DNA of 64,000 bases from an uncultured Coriobacteriaceae bacterium (GTDB taxonomy: Bacteria; Actinomycetota; Coriobacteriia; Coriobacteriales; Eggerthellaceae). The stretch lies in contig UQDJ01000001.1 in assembly GCA_900539675.1 (NCBI GenBank), positions 39,776 through 103,775 on the forward strand, written 5' to 3'. Both the position numbers and the translations under genes were made by a program. Position 1 is the stretch's first letter. Each line of letters begins with the position of its first letter. Below the pieces are notes generated by a model. That model saw only the letters and a list, made by a program, of their open reading frames with translations. It did not search any database and was not told the origin of the DNA. Positions 46,712 through 57,297 of this stretch are shown here, piece by piece.

Positions 46712-47830
46712 ATGGGGTTTTTCTCTAAATTCGAACGCCGCGTAGAAGACGGTTTCGACGAAATGGGTGACAAGTTTTTTGATGCACCAATCAACCCCGT
46801 CCAAATTGCTAAAAAAGCTGAGAAGCAGATGCGCCGCGAAAAGATGGTAGGCGCTGGCAAGGAGTTTGCTCCTACGCTCTATACCGTATTGGTAAATCCG
46901 GAAGATGATGAACGCCTGTTCGGATACTATCCCACCCTGGCTGGCGAAACGGAGACCTATTTGCGCGCCAAGGCCCAGGAGCTGGGTCTGACAATGGATG
47001 GCGCTCCGTTGGTGCGCTTCATCATTGATGACGAATTGAAGCATGGCAAATTTGATGTGGTAGCCGAATTGGTGTCTGCTCCCATCGTGGCTCAACTGCG
47101 TGCTGAAGAAATGCAGCGCTACGGCCTTGAAGCTCGCCAGGCTAGTGCAATGCCACCGCAGGCTGCGCCCATCAATAACATGAATGCAGGCGTTCCTCAA
47201 CCACAACCACAGCCACAGCCTCAACCTCAACCTGCACCTGTTGCGGATCCGTATTCGCGCGGGGTGCCGAGCCCAAACAACATGTCACAGGGCTATCAAG
47301 GCAATAACCCGGCAAACAGGGCTACCAGAAACGCTCCCGTAGCTGCTCCTATCAACAACATGGCGCCTGGTGCAGCTGGTGCCGCTGGCGCTTATGCATC
47401 GCGCGGGGTAGACGTCATGGCAGAAGACCCCATGGCTCACGCCAATGCAGCTATGCCTGGCCAAGGTGGCATGCGTCAGACCACACGCTTTGACGAAGGC
47501 GCTACCATGGTGAAATCCCAGATGCCTATGGGTCACCACATTCCCCAGCAGCCTCGCTTGATTGACCTTACCACCAACCGATCTTTTCCCCTGGCTAAGG
47601 ATCGCATCGTGCTTGGCCGTGCCCTTTCAAGCGATATTGCTATTGAAGATTTGAACGTGAGTCGCACCCATGCTGAAATTCGCCAAGAAGCGGCTAGTGC
47701 ATGGAGCATCGCCGATTTGGGATCCACCAATGGCACGCTTGTTAACGGACGCCATATTGCTTCGGTGATGTTGCAAGAAGGCGACCGCGTAACTATAGGA
47801 ACCACAACCTTCCTGTTCACCTTCCAATAA
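46712..47830 (+). CDS. fhaA: FhaA-like protein (N-terminal DUF3662 + C-terminal FHA domain)
   Basis: MGFFSKFERRVEDGFDEMGDKFFDAPINPVQIAKKA... (DUF3662), Pro/Gln-rich linker, C-terminal FHA (GRALSSDIAIEDLNVSRTHAEIRQE...GSTNGTLVNGRHI). RBS gtgaggag. Confidence 0.8.
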   Translation: MGFFSKFERRVEDGFDEMGDKFFDAPINPVQIAKKAEKQMRREKMVGAGKEFAPTLYTVLVNPEDDERLFGYYPTLAGETETYLRAKAQELGLTMDGAPLVRFIIDDELKHGKFDVVAELVSAPIVAQLRAEEMQRYGLEARQASAMPPQAAPINNMNAGVPQPQPQPQPQPQPAPVADPYSRGVPSPNNMSQGYQGNNPANRATRNAPVAAPINNMAPGAAGAAGAYASRGVDVMAEDPMAHANAAMPGQGGMRQTTRFDEGATMVKSQMPMGHHIPQQPRLIDLTTNRSFPLAKDRIVLGRALSSDIAIEDLNVSRTHAEIRQEAASAWSIADLGSTNGTLVNGRHIASVMLQEGDRVTIGTTTFLFTFQ

Positions 47831-47920
47831 GTAATTTTCAGGGCTGTGTGATGAGCGCAGCCCTCTTCACTTGTCTATCAGCAACGACACTTTATTCGCA
47901 CCCCGACGATAGGTACTTTT

Positions 47921-48334
47921 GTGATTGATTTCATTCTTCTCATAGGCAGACTACTCTTTGTGGTTTTGCTGTACCTGTTTCTCTTCGCCATCATGAAGAC
48001 AGGTATTGGGTTGGTGCGCGGCCAGCGCAAAAAAGAACCCACATGGACCGTCACGATTGAAAAGGGTCCTAAAGAATTGCGTGGCGTGCAAATTGCCGTG
48101 CGTGGTCCTGTCATCGTCGGACGCAGTCCTGGATCTGACATTGTTATTGGCGCCGAATATGTTTCTTCTCGCCATGCCCGATTTGTTCTGATGGGACAAA
48201 ATCTTTTTGTTGAAGATTTGGGTTCCACTAATGGAACCGCTGTTAATGGCCACTATATTTCCGATCACACCGCTTTGCGCAACGGTGACCGTGTCACGGT
48301 TGGAGATGTAACGATGCGAGTGAGGTATGCGTAA
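47921..48334 (+). CDS. fhaB: FhaB-like membrane-anchored FHA-domain protein
   Basis: 137 aa; N-terminal TM then FHA (VIVGRSPGSDIVIGAEYVSSRHARFVLMGQNLFVEDLGSTNGTAVNGHYI); GTG start. Confidence 0.75.
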   Translation: MIDFILLIGRLLFVVLLYLFLFAIMKTGIGLVRGQRKKEPTWTVTIEKGPKELRGVQIAVRGPVIVGRSPGSDIVIGAEYVSSRHARFVLMGQNLFVEDLGSTNGTAVNGHYISDHTALRNGDRVTVGDVTMRVRYA

Positions 48335-49603
48335 ATGGCTGAACAGACTTCTCACATTCCAGCACCAGTAGAAAAACCTAAAGCGGGCGCTCCTGCCCAC
48401 TTCGGCAGTCGTACCGAAGTGGGTCATGTACGCGAACATAACGAAGACAGCCTGACGGTATTGCCTCCCCTGTTTGCCGTTGCCGACGGTATGGGAGGCC
48501 ATGAAGCGGGCGAAGTGGCAAGCGAAATTGCTATCAATACGCTCAATGAGTTAGCCCCTCGCACGCCTGATGCTGACGGTTTAGCACGTGCTGTTGAAGC
48601 GGCAAATTTAAATGTTATCAAGGCACCCAGCCAGGGCATTGGCCGCGAAGGTATGGGTACCACTATGACGGCTGCCATCCTGGACAAGGATCGTTTGGTT
48701 ATTGCCCAGGTAGGCGATTCGCGCGCTTATCTTCTGCATCAAGGCGTTTTACAACAGCTCACGCGCGATCATAGCCTCATGGCCGATATGATCGAAGCTG
48801 GTCAGCTGACCGAAGCCGAAGCGCGCGTTCATCCGAATCGTTCGGTTATTACCCGCGCTATTGGTTCCGATCCCCACATGCAGCCCGACATCTATGAGCT
48901 CAACGTGGACACCGGCGACAGGCTTCTTCTGTGTTCTGACGGTATCAGCGCCATGATCGAAGATTCTCTCATCGAAGAGATCATGTGCAAGGCGGGTAAT
49001 CCGCAGCAATGTGCCGATGAGTTGGTACAGGCGGCTCTTGATGCTGGCGGCTTTGATAATGCCACCGCCATCGTGGTAGACGTTGAGGGGTTTCGTGCCG
49101 TTAAAGAAAAGAAGCAGGAGCGCAAATCGAAGCGCTTGGCGGTAGCTATCATCTTCTGTTTGATCTTAGCCTTCGCTCTTGCGGGCTTTGCGGGCTACCA
49201 ATACGTTAACAACTCCGCCTACCTTATTGACCAGGATGGCAAGGTGGCCGTGTATCGCGGTTTGCATGACAACTTCTTAGGCATGCCGCTTTCCACGCTT
49301 GATCGCGTTACCGACGTGAGCGTGGATCAGCTCAATCCTGGCGTTGCCAATCGCATTAAGGATGGCATGGCGGTAAGCAGTCTTGATGAAGCCAACGAGC
49401 TTATCACTACCTATGAGCAAGAACTGATCTATCAGAACAATACGCCCAATCCTGACGGGACTAATCCTGCAGCGCAAAATGCAAATGGACAAACTAACCC
49501 TTCAGGCAACAATCAAGGGGCCAACAATAATGGCTCCCAGGGCAACGGGCAAAATGCCAGCACAAACAGCGCTAACAATGCGCAACCTGGAAGCGGTGAA
49601 TAG
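48335..49603 (+). CDS. pstP: PP2C-family Ser/Thr phosphatase (PstP-like) with C-terminal TM and Asn/Gln/Gly-rich extracellular tail
   Basis: FAVADGMGGHEAGEVAS..., ...LLCSDGIS...; TM at ~265-285; low-complexity tail. Confidence 0.85.
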   Translation: MAEQTSHIPAPVEKPKAGAPAHFGSRTEVGHVREHNEDSLTVLPPLFAVADGMGGHEAGEVASEIAINTLNELAPRTPDADGLARAVEAANLNVIKAPSQGIGREGMGTTMTAAILDKDRLVIAQVGDSRAYLLHQGVLQQLTRDHSLMADMIEAGQLTEAEARVHPNRSVITRAIGSDPHMQPDIYELNVDTGDRLLLCSDGISAMIEDSLIEEIMCKAGNPQQCADELVQAALDAGGFDNATAIVVDVEGFRAVKEKKQERKSKRLAVAIIFCLILAFALAGFAGYQYVNNSAYLIDQDGKVAVYRGLHDNFLGMPLSTLDRVTDVSVDQLNPGVANRIKDGMAVSSLDEANELITTYEQELIYQNNTPNPDGTNPAAQNANGQTNPSGNNQGANNNGSQGNGQNASTNSANNAQPGSGE

Positions 49604-49606
49604 CCT

Positions 49607-52363
49607 ATGACCAGAAGAAACGCTGAACTGCTTCTTCTGTGTGTAGCAGCACCGCTGGTGGTGCTGCTGTTCGCCATGATTGCGCTTAATCAGGGCAGTG
49701 AAGTTACGCTCGACAATTTAACCGTGCCTCTGGCAATGTTTGCCATCTTTGTGGTGGCTCATATCGCCATGCGCAAATTGGCACCCGGCGCCGATCCTGC
49801 TATTTTGCCTATTTCGTTTGCCCTTTCTGGCGTAGGCATTGCCTTTATCACACGCCTAGCACCCGATCTTGCCATGAAGCAAGTGGGCTGGCTCTTCTTG
49901 GGCATCGTGTTCATGATTGCGGTGCTTATCTTTATCAAAAATCTCGACAAGCTGGCCAATTACAAATACACCATCATGATCGTTGGCATCATCTTATTGA
50001 TGTCACCAATGTTGCCCGTTATCGGCAACGAAATTTATGGCAGCCGTATTTGGCTTTCTATCGGAGGATTTTCGCTACAGCCTGGTGAAATTGCCAAGAT
50101 CTGTATCGTTATTTTCTTGGCTTCTTATTTGGCGCAAAATCGCGAAATGCTTTCGGTGTTCACCCATAGCGTAGGACCCTTCAAACTGCCCGATCTGCGC
50201 TCGCTTCTGCCAGTATTGGTCATGTGGATCATTGCGCTGTTGATTATTGTCTTTGAGAAGGACCTGGGCTCTGCTCTGGTTTTGTTCTTCGTATTCTTGG
50301 TCATGCTGTATGTGACCACTGGCAAGAAGCCCTACATCGTTATCAGCGTGTTCATCATTGCCGTTGGCTTGGTGTTAGCTTACTTTTTGTTCGGCCATGT
50401 TCAGGTGCGTGTTGACACCTGGCTTAATCCCTTTGCCGATCCCACCAATACTGGCTACCAGCTGGTACAGTCCATCTTCTCCATTGCTGACGGTGGGCTG
50501 TTCGGCGTTGGCATTGGCAATGGCATGGCTGATCAGATTCCTATTGTTGAATCCGACTTCATCTTCTCAGCTATCGCAGAAGAAACCGGCCTTTTAGGTG
50601 CAGCAGGATTGCTGCTGCTGTACCTGTGCTTTGCCATCCGTGGCATCCTTACAGCAGCTCGCGCAAAGACCGACGTTAGTTCGTTTATGGCATTGGGCTT
50701 CACGGCCATCATCGTGCTGCAAGCCTTCATTATTGTAGGTGGCGTCACGCGCCTTATCCCCTTGACCGGTCTTACTTTGCCCTTTGTAAGTCAAGGCGGT
50801 TCATCTTTGCTTGCCAGCTTCATCATCGTTGGCTTTTTGATGCGCGCCTCCGATCAGGGCACCGGCATTGGCACCGAAATGGCTTCGGGCACTTCGTCGA
50901 TCAGCATGAATGGCGCACTTGGCCGTGTGTCTTTGGGCAAACGCCTCACCGGTACGATGATCGTCTTTTCGGCCATGTTTGCGCTGCTGGTAGCAAATCT
51001 AACTCTGATCATGGTGATTCAAGCGAATTACTACCAGAGCATGCCCAGCAACAACCACACCATTGCTCGCGAAGCCAAAACTGAACGCGGTACTATTTCC
51101 ACCTACGACAACGTGGTGTTAGCAAAATCGGTACTCGAAGACGATGGCTCTTATAAACGCGAATACCCTGCTGGCGATTTGGCATCCCAGGTTGTGGGAT
51201 ACGCATCCGAAAAATACGGTACCTCTGGTATTGAGGCCTCAGAAAACGACGCCTTGAAAGGTGAAAGCAACTACGCTTCGTGGACCGATGTGCTTAACTC
51301 CTTTACCGGTAAAGGCACCGCAGGCAACGACGTGAAGCTGACCTTGAACTCCACCATCCAACAAGCTGCCCAGGATGCCTTAAAGGGCTATTCGGGTGCC
51401 TGTGTAGCCATTGATCCGAAGACAGGTGCTGTTTTAGCGATGGCATCTTCGCCTACCTATGACGCTGGCGATATCGACAACATTATGGGCAACGACAGCG
51501 AATCGTCCGCTTTATACAACCGCGCAACGCAAGCGTTGTACTCTCCTGGTTCCACGTTCAAGATTGTGACCCTAACCACCGCTCTTGAAGACAATGTGGC
51601 AACTGAAACCAGCGTTTACAACGCTCCGTCTAAGCTTGACATCGGTGGTGGTGAAGTGATCAACTTCGATAAATCCGACTATGGAGACATCACCCTGCAG
51701 CGCGCAACTGAGCTTTCCGCAAATACGGTATTTGCCCAATTAGGCGATCAGATTGGCCCTGAAAAGCTGGTGGATTCGTCCGAAAAATTCGGCTTTAACC
51801 AAGACATTCGCTTCGATTTGCCTCTGGCGAAATCCCTGATGCCCGATCCCAAAGAAATGACCGAATGGGAAACGGCATGGGCAGCAGCAGGTGAACCAGT
51901 AGGTCAGCACAACAGTCCAGCTGGCCCACAGGCCACCGTCCTTGAAATGGCGCTGACAGGCTGCGCTATTGCCAACAATGGCACCATCATGCAGCCCTAT
52001 TTGGTTGACAGCATCTACAACGCTGAGGGCACCAACAGTTTCCGCCAGAGCCCTTCAACCCTGATGACCGCGTGCTCAAGCTCTACTGCTAAGCGCGTTA
52101 AAGACGTCCTTGAGGGCGTTGTTACGAGTGGCACAGGTACCGCAGCACAGGTTCAGGGCGTTAAAATTGCCGGTAAAACCGGTACGGCTGAAACCGGCAA
52201 GGAAAAAGACGACCGCTGGTTTGTTGGTATGGGTCCTTCCGATGATTGTTCGGTGGTAGTTGCCATCATTTTGGAACAGGCCGGCGAAGACATTAGCGGT
52301 GGCGCCGCAGGACGCGCTCAAGGTGTTCTGCAAGCTGCCCTACAGGTACAAGGAGAACTATAA
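49607..52363 (+). CDS. Fused SEDS glycosyltransferase (RodA/FtsW) + class B penicillin-binding protein transpeptidase (PbpA-like)
   Basis: 918-aa continuous ORF: residues 1-~425 SEDS (10 TMs, ...PFVSQGGSSLLAS...), then a TM anchor and PBP domain with SPGSTFKIV (SxxK), S-x-N and AGKTGTAE (KTG) motifs. Confidence 0.8.
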   Translation: MTRRNAELLLLCVAAPLVVLLFAMIALNQGSEVTLDNLTVPLAMFAIFVVAHIAMRKLAPGADPAILPISFALSGVGIAFITRLAPDLAMKQVGWLFLGIVFMIAVLIFIKNLDKLANYKYTIMIVGIILLMSPMLPVIGNEIYGSRIWLSIGGFSLQPGEIAKICIVIFLASYLAQNREMLSVFTHSVGPFKLPDLRSLLPVLVMWIIALLIIVFEKDLGSALVLFFVFLVMLYVTTGKKPYIVISVFIIAVGLVLAYFLFGHVQVRVDTWLNPFADPTNTGYQLVQSIFSIADGGLFGVGIGNGMADQIPIVESDFIFSAIAEETGLLGAAGLLLLYLCFAIRGILTAARAKTDVSSFMALGFTAIIVLQAFIIVGGVTRLIPLTGLTLPFVSQGGSSLLASFIIVGFLMRASDQGTGIGTEMASGTSSISMNGALGRVSLGKRLTGTMIVFSAMFALLVANLTLIMVIQANYYQSMPSNNHTIAREAKTERGTISTYDNVVLAKSVLEDDGSYKREYPAGDLASQVVGYASEKYGTSGIEASENDALKGESNYASWTDVLNSFTGKGTAGNDVKLTLNSTIQQAAQDALKGYSGACVAIDPKTGAVLAMASSPTYDAGDIDNIMGNDSESSALYNRATQALYSPGSTFKIVTLTTALEDNVATETSVYNAPSKLDIGGGEVINFDKSDYGDITLQRATELSANTVFAQLGDQIGPEKLVDSSEKFGFNQDIRFDLPLAKSLMPDPKEMTEWETAWAAAGEPVGQHNSPAGPQATVLEMALTGCAIANNGTIMQPYLVDSIYNAEGTNSFRQSPSTLMTACSSSTAKRVKDVLEGVVTSGTGTAAQVQGVKIAGKTGTAETGKEKDDRWFVGMGPSDDCSVVVAIILEQAGEDISGGAAGRAQGVLQAALQVQGEL

Positions 52364-52611
52364 AAACCGACGCGAAGAAAACAACTTTATTGAGCGGCGA
52401 TGCACCACAACGACCAGGGACTAACAAACTCCGCAACCCTGATCAAGCGAACAGCTCGCCAAACGCTACAAGGCAAATTGACAGCTCCATAACAACTTGC
52501 CCGAAAAGCGCCTGAAAGCTCATAAAAGCTGCTTGGCTTCGTACAAGATAATGTTGGAATGCGATATGCTTAGAAATTGGTTGTTAAGCATGGATCCAAA
52601 GGGAGAATAAA

Positions 52612-54595
52612 CGTGGCTGGAAGCATGATTGGCAGAACCTTCAATAACCGCTATAAGCTGATTGAACGGGTTGGCTTGGGTGGCATGGCCGAGGTGTACC
52701 GCGCCGAAGACAATGTTTTGGGCAGAACGGTAGCCGTTAAGGTGATGTTGCCGCAGTATGCCGCCGACCCCACCTTTACTAAACGTTTTCGTCAGGAAGC
52801 AGCTTCGGCTGCAGCCCTTCAAAGTCCTTATATCGTCAGTATTTACGACTGGGGCTTAGACGGAGACACCTACTATATTGTCATGGAGTTCCTGCGCGGC
52901 ACCGACCTTAAGACCGCCATCAAGGAACGCGGTGCCATCAATCAGCGCAAAGCTGCTGAAATTGGTTCACAGGTTGCTCAAGCGCTATCCGTTGCTCATA
53001 AGGGTGGCATCATTCACCGTGACATCAAGCCACAAAATATTATGATTCAGCCCGATGGCAATATTAAGGTTATGGACTTTGGTATTGCCCGTGCTGGTGA
53101 TGCTGGTCTGTCTCAGACCGCTACCGTTTTAGGCACTGCGCACTATGTTTCCCCCGAGCAGGCACAGGGCAAAGAATTAACGGGCGCAAGCGATATTTAT
53201 TCGCTGGGCGTTGTGCTCTATGAAGCCACTACGGGCAAGCTCCCCTTCGATGGCCAAGATGCGGTCAGTGTTGCGGTAAAGCAGGTCAATGAAATTCCTG
53301 CTCCTCCTCGCTCCATCAATCCGAATATCGATCCTGCTCTTGAAGCCATCATTATGAAGGCTATGGAAAAAGATCCCGAGCGCCGCTTTCAGGACGCCAC
53401 AGAAATGCGTCATGCCCTCAACGATTTCTTGGCGGGCCGTCCTGTTAACTTAGGCGAAGATATCAGCGGCCTCAAAACTCAGGTTATGGGTGGCGTTCCT
53501 GGACAAAACGGTGGCACAGCGGTTATGGCACCCTTATCCGCCGATCCCAGCAAGACAGGAACCGCTACCAAGGTATATAGCGCCGGCAATGAACCGGGCA
53601 ATACCCCCAATAAGAACAAAAAAGTTATTATTGGCGTCATCGTAGGCATTCTTGCCGTTATCGCTATCGTTGCTGCCGCCCTTGCTTTAGGCAATAGTGG
53701 CGACACCGCTACTGTTCCGGATGTTACGAATAAGCCTATCGCAGAAGCGCGTACCACCATCGAAAAAGCCGGCTTTAAGGTTGGCAATGAAACTCAGGTA
53801 TACAATACCCAGATCGCTCAGGGCAACGTGGTAAGCACCAATCCTGCTGCGGGAGAGCAGGCCAAGAAAGGCTCTACCATTAGCATCAATGTATCTAAGG
53901 GCACTGAACAAGTAACGGTTCCTGACCTGAAAGGTATGAGTGCCGATGACGCGCAAAAGGCTCTTGCTGCAGCTGGCCTTAACAGCCAACAGGGAGATAC
54001 CGTCTTTTCTGACGATGTGGAAGAAGGCAAGGTAGCTTCTCAAGATACAGCAGCCGGTAGCACTGCCTATAAGGGCGACACGGTTACCATTCACCTCTCC
54101 AAGGGACCTGAAAAGGCAAGCATTCCTAACGTGGTGGGTATGACCCAATCTCAAGCAACATCGCGCCTTGAAAATGCGGGCTTTACGGTCAATGTAACCA
54201 CCGAGACCAGCCAAGAAGACAAGGGTAAGGTAATTTCTCAAAGCCAGACTGGTTCGGCCACCAAGGGCACCAAAATTACCATTACCGTTTCAAGCGGCTT
54301 GGGAGATGCGCCTGACGTGGTTGGCATGACTGAAGAAAACGCCACAAAGACCATCGAACAGGCTGGCTTCAAATACGATGTGCAGTATCGCGAAAGCAAG
54401 GACGTATCGAAGGGTGTTGTTATCTCTCAGAACACCAATGGCAGCACGGTAACCATCTATGTATCCAGTGGCGCCCCTGCAAGTGATAGCGGCAACGGCT
54501 CAGGCTCTGGTACTACCACCAACAATGGCGGTGGCACAACCTCCACTGGAGGCACCTCTAATGGAGGCTCTGGCAGCAGCCCGAAGACCAACTAA
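52612..54595 (+). CDS. pknB: Ser/Thr protein kinase PknB with four extracellular PASTA domains
   Basis: Kinase subdomains (VAVKVM, HRDIKPQNIM, DFGIA), TM ~ residues 345-365, four PASTA repeats, Gly/Ser/Thr-rich tail; GTG start 52612 after RBS aagggaga. Confidence 0.9.
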
Positions 54596-54644
54596 CCAAT
54601 TGATCACCAGACTTTAGACTAGTCACTACCCTTTAGGGCGCAGG

Positions 54645-54669
54645 CGTTACTCTTCAGCACCTGCGCCCT
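54645..54669. terminator. Bidirectional terminator hairpin agggcgcagg...cctgcgccct
   Basis: 10-bp stem between convergent pknB (+) and MFS gene (-). Confidence 0.55.
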
Positions 54670-54684
54670 ATATTAATTCTGTAT

Positions 54685-55890
54685 CTATTCCTTCGCCTGT
54701 TTACCATTAAAGCTTGCCTGCGCATGCTGTAATCGCAATCGCGCAAGTATAAAACCTATACCAATAATCACACAGGGAAGCGCGCCAACAACCGCGCTTA
54801 GAGTACTGGCAGAATCAATCAACACACCGCAGATGCTGGTTCCTATCGTGGTACCAACATTGGTTGCAGTAAGAAATAATCCATTCGCAAAATCGGGGGC
54901 CTCAGGTGCTGCTCGCGAAACCAGGTATTGATCGGTGGTGTTGGCAACACCCACAACAATACCCAGCACAATAAGCACTGCCCCAACAGCAATAAGGCAT
55001 ACCCCTCCTGATAGGCGTATGCCTTCTATAAAAAGTGCACCATACAACACAATCAACAGCGCTGGCGCCACCACCATCGTCACACCAGGACGCTTGCCCA
55101 GAGCGCGTCCCGCAATAACATTGCCTACCACATTCATAAGGCCATAGGCAAACAGCAAGCCGCTTACCGCAACGGCCGCAAACCCAACCGCCCCTAAGTA
55201 ATCCGCAAGATAGCTATAAAATCCAAACATGCCTGCATTCACCGTTGCCGCTGCTAAAAGAGACACCACAAACAGCGGTTTTTTCAACACCGCAATCTGT
55301 TTGCCATACGACATGCGGGTTGATACCGGAATAGAGGGCACTAAAACTGCCGTTAATACAAAGGCAAACGCTGTAACCACGGCGAAAAACGCCATTGCAG
55401 CTGGAAAAGCAATACAGCTCGCCAGCAGACCCGCAATCGGCGCTCCCACGACCATACCTGCCGAAACGCCAACAAAAACTTGAGCCGAAGCTTTAGCACA
55501 TTGCTGGGGCGTATCGCCTGAGACTTGCGCGATAGACATAGCAAGCGATACGTAGAGCGGATGAAATGCTGCCGGAATAACACGAAATGCCAGAAGCGCC
55601 TCATAGGTTGGCGCCACTATAGCAAGCGCATTGCATACCGTAAAAATACCCAGTGAAAGCAGCATAACCAACTTGCGATTCACACGCGAAAACAACAGGG
55701 GCATGGTTGGTCCCGCCACGGCAATAATCAACGCAAACCCGCTGACCAAAAAACCCGCATCAGGAATTGAAACGCCATAGCGCTCTGACACATACGGAAT
55801 AACGCCCACAATGCCCATCTCGGTGTTTAAAATGCCGAAGACACCCACTGTTAGAATGAATACCAACAATCTATTGCTAATGCGCTTCAT
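54685..55890 (-). CDS. MFS transporter
   Basis: 401 aa, 12 predicted TMs, MFS-type loop motifs; divergent from a LysR regulator. Confidence 0.75.
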   Translation of the reverse strand: MKRISNRLLVFILTVGVFGILNTEMGIVGVIPYVSERYGVSIPDAGFLVSGFALIIAVAGPTMPLLFSRVNRKLVMLLSLGIFTVCNALAIVAPTYEALLAFRVIPAAFHPLYVSLAMSIAQVSGDTPQQCAKASAQVFVGVSAGMVVGAPIAGLLASCIAFPAAMAFFAVVTAFAFVLTAVLVPSIPVSTRMSYGKQIAVLKKPLFVVSLLAAATVNAGMFGFYSYLADYLGAVGFAAVAVSGLLFAYGLMNVVGNVIAGRALGKRPGVTMVVAPALLIVLYGALFIEGIRLSGGVCLIAVGAVLIVLGIVVGVANTTDQYLVSRAAPEAPDFANGLFLTATNVGTTIGTSICGVLIDSASTLSAVVGALPCVIIGIGFILARLRLQHAQASFNGKQAKE

Positions 55891-56054
55891 GCTATGAGCG
55901 TCCTTTCACTCAGCCAGATCTTGCATGTGGGTACAAACCGACAAGCTTTCTATTTCTTGCCACCCGCAAGCATTCTGACGAGCGTCTTTGGATATGTAAA
56001 AGACTTATAAGCTATGATGGTCTATGCTGATATTGCATAGCGAAAGAGGTCACT

Positions 56055-56927
56055 ATGGAATTGCGTTTACTTCAATACTTCTTAATGGTCGCACGTGAAG
56101 GAACCATTTCTCAGGCAGCCCAAGTACTTCACGTCTCTCAGCCCTCCCTTTCCCGTCAGCTCAAAAAGCTTGAAATGGATTTAGGATGCACGCTCTTTAC
56201 CCGTGGCAGCAAGCATATCGAACTAACCGAAGCGGGATTACGTCTTCGCGAACAGGCCGAAGAGCTCCTTGAAATGGCCGATCGTATTGAAACTGACTTT
56301 CACACCACACCTGGCACGCTTGCTGGCAAGGTGCGCATCGGCGGCGGCGAGACGCCGGCAATGGCATTGATTGCTGACGTCATTGCCGAGTTGCATAGCA
56401 CCTATCCACTGCTGCGCTTTAGCCTTTTTAGCGGTAATGGATTTGACGTCAGTGAACGACTGGATGCAGGACGTATTGACTTTGGGCTCTTTATTGGCAA
56501 TTTTGACACCAAGAAATACGAGTCACTACCCTTGCCAGCACAAGATACCTGGGGTGCTTTCATGCCCGCAGATGATCCTTTGGCAGACAAAACCGAAATT
56601 ACCCCCGAAGATCTGCTCGATAAACCACTGGTCTGCTCCATTCAGGATTTACCCGAGCTTCCCCTTTGGTTTAAGCGCGATGTATCCGATCTAAAGATAG
56701 TCGCCACCTACAACTTGCTCTACAACGCTTCGCTTTTGGCAAAACGAGGTATTGGCTATGTCATCAGTTTGAAGGGCATTATTGACACGTCCCAAGAAAG
56801 CGGATTGGTATTTCGCCCGTTTAAGCCCGCGCGTCTAGCGCCTATATATGTGGCTTGGAAGCGCTACCAAACCTTTTCACCTGCAGCAAATGTGTTCTTA
56901 AGCACCATTCGTGAGAAATGGGGCTAA
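56055..56927 (+). CDS. LysR-family transcriptional regulator
   Basis: MELRLLQYFLMVAREGTISQAAQVLHVSQPSLSRQLKKLEMDLGCTLF... HTH + LysR substrate-binding domain. Confidence 0.85.
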   Translation: MELRLLQYFLMVAREGTISQAAQVLHVSQPSLSRQLKKLEMDLGCTLFTRGSKHIELTEAGLRLREQAEELLEMADRIETDFHTTPGTLAGKVRIGGGETPAMALIADVIAELHSTYPLLRFSLFSGNGFDVSERLDAGRIDFGLFIGNFDTKKYESLPLPAQDTWGAFMPADDPLADKTEITPEDLLDKPLVCSIQDLPELPLWFKRDVSDLKIVATYNLLYNASLLAKRGIGYVISLKGIIDTSQESGLVFRPFKPARLAPIYVAWKRYQTFSPAANVFLSTIREKWG

Positions 56928-56947
56928 GCCCTCACTTCATGCTACAA

Positions 56948-57023
56948 TAATCGGCACGCCCCCGTAGCTCAGAGGATAGAGCGTCGGTTTCCTAAACCGT
57001 GCGTCGGTGGTTCGAGTCCACTC
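56948..57023 (+). tRNA. tRNA-Arg (anticodon CCU)
   Basis: gcccccgtagctcagaggatagagcgtcggtttCCTaaaccgtgcgtcggtggttcgagtccactcgggggcgcca; cloverleaf with 7-bp acceptor, T-loop TTCGAGT, encoded CCA. Confidence 0.85.
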
Positions 57024-57124
57024 GGGGGCGCCATCTTCTACCTTTTGTCGATGAACACGTTCATTCCCACCTGCACCTATAGATTGTTTGCATCGGTGTC
57101 ATAACGTGCTAGGATACTAGCCGA

Positions 57125-57290
57125 AGCTGTTTCAGGGCGAGGTGTAATTCCTCACTGGCGGTAACGGATCCCTTGGGAACATCGGGTTCCCCTCCGAAGC
57201 CCGCGACCCTGTTTGTGTTGGCGCACAAACAGGCTGATCTGGTGCAATTCCAGAGCCAACGGTTAAAGTCCGAATGGAAGAGACAGGAGG
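57125..57290 (+). ncRNA. FMN riboswitch (RFN element)
   Basis: Conserved RFN blocks present in order: GGCGGTAA, AGCCCGCGACC, GGTGCAATTCC, GGTTAAAGTCCGAATGGAAGAGA; 3' end overlaps the SD (aggagg) of the downstream gene. Confidence 0.85.
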
Positions 57291-57297
57291 CTTCCCT

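Noticed and set aside
46706-47230. 174-aa minus-strand ORF
   Set aside because: It is antisense to fhaA (DUF3662 + FHA). It is Leu/Trp-rich with no motif.
52364-52611. A missing pknA gene between the SEDS-PBP fusion and pknB
   Set aside because: No ORF with kinase motifs exists in the 250-bp gap in any frame, so the cluster genuinely has a single kinase here.
53687-54241. 184-aa minus-strand ORF
   Set aside because: It is antisense to the PASTA region of pknB.
57125-57290. Cobalamin or TPP riboswitch assignment for the element upstream of the ECF S component
   Set aside because: It shares a GGTGNAATTCC-like block, but it lacks the B12 box (GCCACTG) and the TPP CTGAGA / ACCCTTTGAACCTGATC pairing blocks. 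The full ordered set of RFN (FMN) blocks is present instead.
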